Below are positions 28,001 through 40,000 of a stretch of 64,000 nt of DNA, in pieces. Location of the stretch: contig JAUCBJ010005613.1 of NCBI GenBank assembly GCA_032718475.1, positions 13,614-77,613 on the forward strand, read 5' to 3'. The notes beneath the pieces are model-generated. The model had not been told where the DNA came from. It worked only from the letters and a program-made list of their open reading frames with translations, and did no database searches. The DNA comes from Nemertoderma westbladi. Taxonomy: Eukaryota > Animalia > Xenacoelomorpha. Position 1 is the stretch's first letter. The number at the start of each line of letters is the position of its first letter. A program made the position numbers and the translations under genes.

Positions 28001-31000
28001 TTACTTGTCACATCTTTTATATGATGAGGATGTCGCTAGACCACAATTGCCATAAGATTTCCCCACCTGGTTATAATAATAACATCTGAGATCATTGGGT
28101 TGTCTCCCACCTGGAAGTTGAAATAATCTAATTAGTGGTATTATGGGTGAACTGTATACGATTTTAATTTAATTATATTATTATTTATAAATTTAATTCG
28201 GCACAGCTAAGTAAATAGGAAATGACGTCAGGTGGGATCGAACTGGTGACCTCCAGGATGGAAGTCTGGGTCCTTAACTTAAATATTATTTAATAAATAC
28301 TACTGGAAATGCTACTGCTATGTCTATAGACTATGTCCACATAGAGGCCATACTTCCAATCTGGAGGTCTCCATTTCGATCTCACCTGGATTTCATTGCC
28401 TAATTTGCTAAGCTGTGTCCAACGAAATCTATAATGATAATCTAATTAAATTCAAATCGTGTGCAGCAAAAAATATTATAAATTATTATTTTTGTTTGCT
28501 TATGAATCTTTTAGGGTTAGTTTATGTACAATTTTCCAATATTAGGGATATTTCAATAAAAATTACATTAAATTAAACAATATAATACTAAGTCGAAAAT
28601 ATATTTAGCAGCTAGTTGCTTTGTAGCTGCACATTAAGATGCTATTATGATGGCTTAACAAGAAAATATGTTGCCACCATCATGCATTCTACAAATTGCT
28701 GTAGTCCACGTTGCTGTAGTGCACGTTGCTGTAGTGCACGTTGCTGTAGTGCACGTTGCTGTAGTGCACGTTGCTGTAGTGCACGTTGCTGTAGTGCACG
28801 TTGCTGTAGTGCACGTTGCTGTAGTGCACGTTGCTGTAGTGCACGTTGCTGTAGTGCACGTTGCTGTAGTGCACGTTGCTGTAGTGCACGTTGCTGTAGT
28901 GCACGTTGCTGTAGTGCACGTTGCTGTAGTGCACGTTGCATTAAGAACTTGTCGACAAAATTGCACCACCACAACTCCCAATCCCGCATGACTTTCGCGA
29001 GATTCGCATCTTCAAACCCAGTCAGTGTCCTTTAAGAGGCTTCTTATGTAAATCAAGGCCAGTCAGTGTCCTTTAAGAGGCTTCTTATGTAAATCAAGGC
29101 CAGTCAGTGTCCTTTAAGAGGCTTCTTATGTAAGTCAAGGCCAGTCAGTGTCCTTTAAGAGGCTTCTTATGTAAGTCAAGGCGAGTCAGTGTCCTTTAAG
29201 AGGCTTCTTATGTAAGTCACGGCCAGTCAGTGTCCCTTAAGAGGCTTCTTATGTAAGTCAAGGCCAGTCAGTGTCCTTTAAGAGGCTTCTTATGTAAGTC
29301 AATGCCAGTCAGTGTATTTAAGAGGCTTCTTATGTAAGTCAAGGCCAGTCAGTGTCCTTTAAGAGGCTTCTTATGTAAGTCAAGGCGAGTCAGTGTCCTT
29401 TAAGAGGCTTCTTATGTAAGTCACGGCCAGTCAGTGTCCTTTAAGAGGCTTCTTATGTAAGTCAAGGCCAATCAGTGTCCTCTAAGAGGCTTCTTATGTA
29501 AGTCAAGGCCAGTCAGTGTCCTTTAAGAGGCTTCTTATGTAAGTCAAGGCCAGTCAGTGTCCTTTAAGAGGCTTCTTATGTAAGTCAAGGCCAATCAGTG
29601 TCCTCTAAGAGGCTTCTTATGTAAGTCAAGGCCAGTCAGTATCCTTTAAGAGGTTCATTATGTAAGTCAAGGCCAGTCAGTGTCATTTAAGAGGCTTCTT
29701 ATGTAAGTCAAGGCCAGTCAGTGTCCTTTAAGAGGCTTCTTATGTAAGTCAAGGCCAGTCAGTATCCTTTAAGAGGGTTCTTATGTAAATCAAAGCCAGT
29801 CAGTGTCCTTTAAGAGGCTTCTTATGTAGTCAAGGCCAGTCAGTGTCCTTTAAGAGGCTTCTTACGTAAGTCAAGGTCAGTCAGTGTCCTTTAAGAGGGT
29901 TCTTATGTAAGTCAAGGCCAGTCAGTGTCCTTTAAGAGGCTTCTTATGTAGTCAAGGCCAGTCAGTGTCCTTTACGAGGCTTCTTACGTAAGTCAAGGTC
30001 AGTCAGTGTCCTTTAAGAGGCTTCTTACGTAAGTCAAGGGCTGTCCACCTTGCCTATTTTCTCAATAAGGCTGCGATAGCATAAGATTATGTACAGGATA
30101 TTCCTCACGGCAAAATCAATGTCCTACGAAGCGGTGTAGGCTGCTCTGCTCAAGTCTCAAGCTGGGGGGCCAATGGAACACCGCAATGTAATTTAATAAT
30201 GTATTGTAATAATGTCATGTAATAATAACTTCAAGTTCATCAGCAAAGTCTAGTTTGGCTGCATTTCCACGGCTTCTAGAGCCAAGGGGGTGTTACCATT
30301 ACAATAATATCAATAATGGTGGTCTAAGGACATAGTCAACCACAATTATGAATAAGAATGATGCAAGTCGTGTTGTCACCCTGCTGGAGGACTCACCATA
30401 AAACTTTGAAAAATAAAATAAAACATTGCAGAGACCAACTTATTCGGTTTCATTTATTACGACAATTACTGACAAAGAGAGTGCGAGACTCTGTTTGTCC
30501 GGTAAACATAACGCCAACATCATCGCCAACAATGTAATGAGTTCCTATTGTCTGTCTGTCTACCAGTACAGTTGAAGTAACAGAGTTCATATTGTCTGTT
30601 TGTCTACCAGTACAGTTGAAGTAACAGAGTTCCTATTGTCTGTCTGTCTACCAGTACAGTTGAAGTAACAGAGTTCCTATTGTCTGTCTGTTTACCAGTA
30701 CAGTTGAAGTAACATACATGAAATACAAATTAAAATTTAGCGATTCTATCACCAAGTCGGTATTTATGAAATATGTTGAATAATAAGTAACCAAACAGCC
30801 AATAAATCAAAGAAGAGGGGAAAGTTCCGCCCATAAGACCAAAATTATCATCAACCTTTTTTTTAAACTGGGCGATAAATCTTCTGCACCACCCCCGCCA
30901 CAGTAATGCCAAAAGGCGTACAGAGGATTGATGACAGGCAGGTATTGATTGACAGAGAAGTTATGTTTTAAAATAAATATATTTTAGGCGTGGAGGCGAC

Positions 31001-34000
31001 CCATTTTGTGAGAAATATTAAAACTTACCTTATCCCGTTTTAATATTGATACTGAAATAGTATTATATTAATTAACCATCTCAAAGCCTCAACGTAATTA
31101 TTAAAGAATCACCATTAAAATAATACTGAAGCCAATAATTTTGCGAAATAATCAATAAGCAAGCTTTTTGTAAATAATTGCCAGGTTCTCGACGGAACGT
31201 TCTAACTAAATTCCACAGTTTCTTAAACGAACGGATGAAGTGGTAGGCATTCACCAGCGGTAGCATAGTGTATAGATTTATAAGAAAAATTTATAAAGTA
31301 TTGAGGGTCTTTAGCTGGTTATATTATTGGCTATTACTATTACTTTATATATTTTTTCTATCATCTATCCACAGTTTCTCTCATACAGTTTCTATGCGCC
31401 CCCATCCCATACCCTACTGGCTCGAAACGTAATCTGCTGTCGTTACAGCACTCTGGCTAATCCCCTTCTAGCGGGAGTTTTAGCCATCCAACTTTTGAAT
31501 CAAAACGTATCTAACTGGCCAATCAGTTGTCTTCTTGGCTACCCAATCAAGACGCTTGCTTCCTGAGAAGGTATTTAAGGGGCTGCCCGCCAATTTTTAC
31601 TCACTTCCAATCGACAACCTGGTGCCTTTTGCAAACCCCTGCTTCAAAGTTTACTGATTTAATTGTTTCCTCCTATTTCCTTACCAAAATTAAAATAAAC
31701 TCGGTTATCGCACTCATCTCAAAATCAACTTTTTCAACTTTTGAGATTTCACATTTTAGTTGAGGTAGCTTCCCAGCCAGGCAATAAAGCACGCCCTACA
31801 TCTAAGGGGAGATGGCAATATCGTGGAGAGAAGTGTCATTTTAATAAGTTATAATGTATAAAATAATAATATGTATATAATAATGTGTGTATATACCAAG
31901 TTTGGTTTAATTTCATCGAGGATTGGCTTGAGTTATTAACGTTTAAATATTGGACGTGACGGAATGACAGAACATCAGAACGAAAGACACACCGATTGAG
32001 ATGTTATAATTATCTAAAGACGGCATACTGCCGCCTTAATGAACATGGTCCTTAATGATTTATAATGTTAAAGGATGCAATGTGCCGCCTTTTTTAAGTG
32101 TTGGTACGTTACGGTTAATTACATATTGGTATTTATTACATTTGGCAGATTATGAAGGAAAACTCTCTCAATCTTTGACCACTACTTGTCCGCTGATAGG
32201 ACCCCGCAACCCCGGGATAAAATCCTCCACGGTCAGCATTAAAATTATTTATTATTCTTTTAATACTGTTATTTAGTACAAATAGTTATTTTGTATAAAA
32301 AAAACTCACCAAAGTATAGGTTGGCACAGTGACGATTCTTCGAGTGACATTTTCCAGCAAAACAATAGCCTTTGGACTCATCGCAGGAGGTGCCATCCGC
32401 TTCCGGTGTTGGTGTTGGGATCTGCATAAAAAAGGAGGCAATTGTCGCGGTAGCCGGGTAGATCTGGAGACACGAGATGTGCGGCCGGTTACCGTGCGGG
32501 TTGAGTTAGGTTTGTTTTCACTGGTTGTGTAAGGGACGGATGATACAACTCAGGGGCCTTGGGAAAACTAGGTGTTTGTTTCTCCTTCCATGTATAAAAG
32601 AAATATCATAGCTAATAAACAGTGACCAGTAATTGCACAAATCTGAGTCTGATATCTGTACTGAGATACTAACTTACACTAAATGATACCGGTCTTTTTT
32701 TCCCGTATTTTTGTTCTAGTCTTACCCTTTTCGCGGCGACAAAATTGTTATATATTTTATTATAGAATATAGGCTTAGCTATGTGCAGTTTATTACCGGT
32801 ATCATTTAGTGTATAGCGGTTAGGCTTAGGGTTCATGTCATTATATTTGTTTTTGTTTGTGTTTTTTGTTTGTTTTGTTTGTATTCTGTGATGGCCCTAG
32901 GGGTCGAGAAGTAATTTGGGCTAAATATCCTGATTCTATATATTTTTGTAGTTTATGGGGTGTAACACTCTTGTTTGTTTACTTTTAACTTAATATATAC
33001 ACCACACGATATCTGACTTTGAGGAATTCGAGTTCATTGATTCTGACATACACCATGTCCTGGAATATAGTGTCCTAATTCAGTGACATGGACCCCCCCC
33101 CAAATTTTCCAATTTTTAAATATTATTATTATTATTATTATTATCGTACAGTACATACCTACACCATGCCCTAGAATATAGTATCGTTATCGTTATATCT
33201 CCACCCCCCAAATTGTTCTACAAATCTTGATAAGTTTGCATGAAATATGAAATTTGAAACAGAGATAGTTTCACCTCCCTCCTCCTTAGTGGGTGAGCGA
33301 GAATTTTTATTTATTTGCTTTCATTCTTTAGTTATAGCGTTTAAAAAAAGTGTCTCTGTCGATATTGCACCAGTTACACCCCAGTTATTCTTCAGACGTT
33401 TAGTGATTTGTTGGTACTAGTGGAAAGCTGACCGTGCAAGGATTCGAAATATGTAAAAATATTTGAATTTTGTTGGGAAATAGCTGAGATATGGGCATTC
33501 GAATTTTGCATGCATTTGCTTCCACTGCAGGCCATTTATTCTATTTAATAAATACACAATGTTCTAGAACATTTTGATTATGTAGGAATATCCATATATT
33601 AGTATTATCATGTAGGCATTGCATTGTTGCCAAGCTACTTATGAGATAAACAAAATGTTCTAGAATATTGTGTATTTATTAAATATAATGCAGTAGGCCT
33701 ATCTGGCTGTCAGGCAAATTTCCACCTATTGCTTACGTGGTAACCAATGACGGCGTTAAGTAATGTCCACTAAGGGGATATTACTTAACGGATTACAACA
33801 AATACAATACTAAATGTACAGGCCAATACAATGCTGTACTTTCTTCTAAAGTTGTAAAGTGTTAAATAACAACTCTCGTTTAATACTAACGGCGTTGAGT
33901 AATGTTACAATTTTGGAATAATAACTATTTACATCATTGTGTGCAAAGTAGCACTTTGCAGCGTTACGACCCGAGTTTATTTATGTACCGAGCGAGCGCA

Positions 34001-37000
34001 GCGAGGGAGGTTTACATAAATAAACAAGGGTCTTTAACGCTGAAAAGTGACCTTTGCAAGCAATGATGTATGTAATTTTGTTACATTATGTCAACTTATC
34101 AGCGTTCGGTATGTGAAGAAAGGATTTTATGGATGCTCATTTAAACATTTTAATCAGGTACTATTTCGAATATAAGTGAAATTTATTAACAGGTACACAG
34201 TATTAATTATACATTTATATCTAATTAAAGTTTATTGTTGTTATCTCCTGCATGGATGTGATAAATCTTTGATCCATCGTCGACTGAGTCACCGTCTGTG
34301 TCCGTTCAGTTTTACTGAACACTGTCGCCATATTTTCTTTGCTCATTTTCTCTAAAATGTCTTCTATAGGACGTATGGAATACAGTCTTACACGTTAAAC
34401 AATTATTTACATACAGTAGCTAGTCCCGTCACTTCAAACTGGACGCACGCATTATGCAAACACGTGCTGCTTTATTGAATAAAGAAGCACGCATTAATGT
34501 AAATGGAAATAATACATTCTGGAATACGGTAATTGAAGTTGTTTCCATGTTATTGATTACTTTGCAGCGTTCCGTCCTATAGGCCGCAACGCTGCAAAGT
34601 AGTACCTTGCAGCGTTACGAGTAATTCACCAGAACGCTGTTAAGTGGACATAATATAACAAAATAATATATGTATTTTATAATAATATAAAAGATTAGAA
34701 AAAAGATTAAAAATTATTATCATTTTCAACTGAATTTAGATTTTATAAGGTTCTCCCAGCCCACAGCATGTAACAATAAGTTATATTAATTACTTAATGC
34801 AGCAATTCCTTCATCATATAATACAGATAAATACTGATATACACTTTCAGGCATTACACGTTACAGCGTTATGATATAATCAGTCAATATCAAGGCCTAG
34901 GTTACCGGTACATATCTATATAACCCAACTCTAAATTGTTAACCGGTCCCCTCCACCAAGTCACAGGGCATGGCCTCTTATAAATACTAGTATAATATCA
35001 CACATCTCCTCCCGAGATATTTGACTCTATAAAGTATATAAATCGAGTTATAATAAACATCTGTAAATAATCAAATATCTAAACAATCATTGAGGGAAGG
35101 AGAGAAAAAAAAATGAAAAACTAAAATTTTCCATTCCGTCTTCCATTGCTTAATATCATTTTCGTAGAAATCCAACTAATTTCATTTTCATGGTTGTACA
35201 TTAAGCCTGTTTGGTTGTCTCCTGGTACGCTGACTTCTTCTCAACGGTAATGGAGTACCGGTAGTTTCATCTGGTGGTGCAGTGTGAGTTTCTGATTTAA
35301 CAACCTGCTTATTATCTTCTTTGGACAAGCACGGTCTAAGGAAATGGCGGTTTCGCCATATCACACCACCAGATGGTAGTTTTATGGTATAATCACGGTG
35401 TTCCCCCACAAATATAACCTGTCCAGATTTGTCCCATTTCTTTGTAGATGGGTTTTGAATCATAACAGTAGACCCTGATTTGATCGGATTTAATTGTCTG
35501 GTAGAACGATTATAATAGTTTTCTGATTTATAAAACTCAGCTGTTCGTTTATCATCCACATCGGATGCTAATTTCTGCCATGCAGGAGCAAACGATCGTG
35601 GGTGAGCTGGAACTTTGGATCTCAAATTACATCCAAAAACATATTGCGCAGGTGAGCGACCCTCAACACGAGGTGTGTTTCTCAACTCTAATAAACCATT
35701 TAAAAATCCTTCAGATTTAATATTTCCATTATGTTTCATGACAAGGTGTTTGAGAACTTTCACAGTAGCCTCAGCATGGCCATTAGATTTAGGATAGTAG
35801 GGAGATGACGGAACCCATTGAACTCCCCACCTTGAGAGGAAGTCCTGAAACTCTTCAGACCTGAATTGAGGTCCTCCATCTGAGCGCAATACTACTGGAA
35901 CCCCAGTTTGTACAAAAAAATGTTGTAATGCAGCAGAAACTTGTTCTGAGTTAGGATCTTGGGCCCATTTGGCCAGGAAGGGAAATCCTGATAATCGATC
36001 TGCATATGCTAGATATTTATTTCCTGCAAAACTGAATAGATCTGCGGATACAACTTCGAAGACTCGCGTTGGTAATGGATCTGCTGCTAAGGGTTCTGTA
36101 GGGTTACTGGGTCGGTGTAACAAACATTCTTCACAATCTTCTACAGCCTGTGTTAAATCATTTGACATTCCAGGCCAAAATAATATGTCTCTAGCTCTCC
36201 TCTTCATTCTATCGATCCCTTGATGAGATTCGTGAAGAAGTTTGATCACGCTTTTGATTGAAGCGTGCGGAATAACTAGACGACAACCTCGTAAAACTAA
36301 ATTATCTTCGACGGAAAGTTCAGTCCAAAATCTCTTAAAACGTTGGACATAGGGAGTATTTTGTTTATTACATGTAAATCCCTGAATAATCGCAGTAATT
36401 AAGTCTTGATAATTAGGATCATCCTTTGCAATAAGTTTGATGTTTTCCAATACTGGATCTTTGGCAGAACAATGTCTGTCCAATGAACTGTCATGTAAAC
36501 CTTGAGTGATAGTTCCAATGTTTGCTTCCATGACTGAAGCGTGTTGAAGGGCTTCTAGACGATGTTCCTCCTCGTCATCTTCAGGATCTTCAATCGGATA
36601 TCTCGAAAGAGCATCAGGAATTTTATGTTCCTTTCCTTGTTTCCAAACAACATTAAATTGATACCCATTTAATTTCTCCAGATATGATTGAAGTTTAACA
36701 TTTTCGATTTGATCTAATGTATAATCATTAAAAATCCTCACAAGTGGTCGATGATCAGTAATTACAGTAAATTCTTGGAGTCCCTTTAGGTAAACTTTAC
36801 ATTTCCGTATCGCCCATAGAATCGCCAATGCTTCTAATTCTACCATTGCGTAACGTGTTTCCACGTCTTTCAAGAACCGTGAACCACACTGTATTAAACG
36901 CCACTTATGATTCTGACGTTGTAGTAGAGCAAAACCAAACCCTTTGGTCTTTGAAGCATCGGTGTGTAATGTGGTCTCAGCAGAAATATCGAATTGAGCC

Positions 37001-40000
37001 AACACTGGTGGCGAGATCAACGCTTCTTTCACAGCTTTAAATGCTGCTGCTTGATCTGCATTCCAGACAATGTACTATAGACAGCATATTATGTAAAATT
37101 TTGGGACACTAAATCTGTGGTAGTGCTAGATCTAGACGCTGAGAAAGGGCGAATACTGGGGAAAACTGATTGAATGCATGGGAATACAGGCAAGAACAGC
37201 GAAAAACACACACATTTACATTACCCCCCCCCCCCCACCCCCCCCCCCCCCCCTCTTACTAAAATACAATAAGTGCTGTGCGTACTGTAACCAAGGCGTA
37301 CTAATATACAAGGCCATGCCATCGAGTTAACTGGGGGCGGTGACTGGGGGCAAGATTTTTTTTACAACAATTTGATATGGGGAGAGTTCTATAAATTTCC
37401 ATTTGCTGCAATTTGGTCAATGGACGTAATTGAAGCATCCTCATTATGTAAGATACAAAATTTTATGGTAGCTAGTGTTTTAGGTAGGTTTAGCTAGGAA
37501 TTTCGACCCTGGTTCCGACATCCTACTTCCCTCTATAAATATTTTGTAGTAGCTAGTTCTGTTACTATTTGTATAGAAAATGTTCCAGAAGATGTTAGCT
37601 ATTCATTTTAAAAAAAAATTATGTTCTAGAACAAATATTTTTTGTTCTAGAACATTTTTTAGAAAAAAATCTGGATTCTATTTAAAACTCATGGAATCTT
37701 TCTAAAACTTAAATTAAAACTTGAATCTTTATAAGATAATAATTAATTAATTCCTTTAAAGTATAAATACAGGTTTCAGTCCCTAAGGACTTTTTAAAAC
37801 CGAATTGATTATCAGTGGTCCCTAACAAAATTATCAATACGATAAAGAATTAAAAATTCATATAATTTACTGAGAACATTAGCAGTGGTAAGAGGTCTGT
37901 AATTGGATTTGTCCGTCACGTCGCCGGACTTATCCTTAACTAAAGGTAAAATATTGAATGAAAACAATGCAATAGGAATAAAATCATGAACATTACAACT
38001 AGTAAAAAGAGAGACAGGTACCGGTACACTAGAAGTCTGTCAGAAGAAATTAAAGTATGCTTCGCCGTTAAACCATCTGGGCCAGAAGTTTAAATTTCAA
38101 ATTCACCAAAGCCAGATGAAGTTTATTTATGGAGAACTTCATATCCCTGGTATTTGAAATGTCAGAGAATACAGAACGAATGTCATCAGAAGGAGAGCGA
38201 GGAACAGAGTTAAATACTATAACTAATACATTTATTATACTATCAACTTAACCCTGTAATAAAATTGTTATAAAAATTAGTTTTTCAAAATAGCCAAAAT
38301 ATATGATATAATAATTTTAATAATAACATATTTGACTTAATATTCGTTTACTGAGACTTACACTGGAATCTCCAGAACAAGTGGCTTTCGAACACAGGTC
38401 TTCTCCGACATGGTCATTCTGTATCGTGTATATGGTAGATTCCCCAAGGTATTGGCAGGTCTGGGCATTGCAACACTTATCTGCAGTTTCGCGGCAGTTC
38501 AGCACAGGTCCGCAGTCACACTGCTCTCCTTCATCAACAATGCCATTCCCACATTTCGGAGCCTACAAAAACAAAAACAAAAACAAAAACAAAAACAAAA
38601 ACAAATACAACTATTTAATTATACAATAATTGTATTATTTTAAATAAATACTAATATAAATTAATATAATTATAATAAATATAACAAACAATAATGATTA
38701 ATTACATATTCGACTAATATTAAAATAATATAAACGGAACACAACAATCGGTAGGTATAGATAGTTTCATATTAATAAGGTATCAATGTTTTGTTCTACA
38801 CTGTCAGTATAGCATTATCTTGTAAATTTACATAACATAAAACCAAAGAAACTGGTAACCATCACTGAACCATTACTGAGAAATATACAATGGTGTAATA
38901 TGTACCACAGTAGGAATAGTTGGTATATCAGTAACGTGGCTATCGGGATATTCAGCCATGAACGAGATAATTTTGATAAAATGGTAGGACAGTTTATGGG
39001 ACTGCAAATAACTAACTAACTACACCATGTCCTGGAATATAGTGTCTTTATTCTGGTACATGGCTCCCACCCTCAAATTTATAAATTTGATTACAAATTT
39101 GATAGCTGATTGGTTGATATGGGTTGTCAACATGTGTTCCTTGTACCTGAGGATCACTTTCATTTGCTTTCCAGAGGGAAATTTGAACATTGGTTTACAT
39201 ATTGTGAGCCTGTACCTCAATAAGCGGAAATTGAAAAATCATGTGCATTAATATTGTTAAAAAAGGCAATTCCCTTCAATTTTTCCGTTGCCAAAAAATT
39301 GAGTAGTTAGATAAACATGTCTAAGATGATTTTCCAATGCTCCAATAGATTGTTAATAGATTTTAACCAAGTGAGTAGTGTTTTAAAGATTGTTGTCCCA
39401 CAACAACATTGCCCATTTAAGTAAGCTATAATTACACTGTTATTAGTATTTATTTCTCAGTTAGTTGGGTACCTACACTAATATTTGTTATATATTTATT
39501 ATTATTACGTATTCTGATTTTTATGTTTGCATATTAATTGTTCGGTACCTTAAACGGAACCTTTAGGTTCGATAATTTTTGGCAGCAGTAGTACCACAGT
39601 ACACTTCTATGGGAGTCCATGATGGGCTCTAACAGCAGAGGATACCAAATCTCTGGATGGCACTTTCACAAGAATGCTGCGCTGGGTTCACTCTGTCAGG
39701 TACAATGAACACATCTTCAACTAAACTCTATACAGCATTGGAGGTTTTCCATTAATCTTCCCTAGCTTGACACTTGAACGGAACCGCCTCCGCTTTGCAG
39801 GACATTGCTATCGCCGTGATGATCAGCCAGTGCATAACCTTGTACTTTGGCGCTCTCATGGAGTGAATAAGCATGGTGGACAGCCCATGACTTTCTTGAG
39901 ACGCATCTTAAAGGACACTGGCCTTGAAGATGCGTATGATCTAGCAAATGTTATGGGTGCTAGGGAGTTGTGGCGGCGCAATTTTATCGACCAACCAGCA

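Larger units (their letters stand above)
28690..30410 (-). mobile_element. Older RTE-clade LINE fragment carrying internal tandem expansions
   Basis: 28937-29020 and 30030-30190 align to 3280-3550; 30235-30410 aligns to the RT region 4035-4220 ([16 protein letters not shown]). Confidence 0.8.

Noticed and set aside
31438-31800. Possible solo LTR (TG...CA, CCAAT boxes, TATTTAA, AATAAA)
   Set aside because: No convincing TSD or second copy in the window
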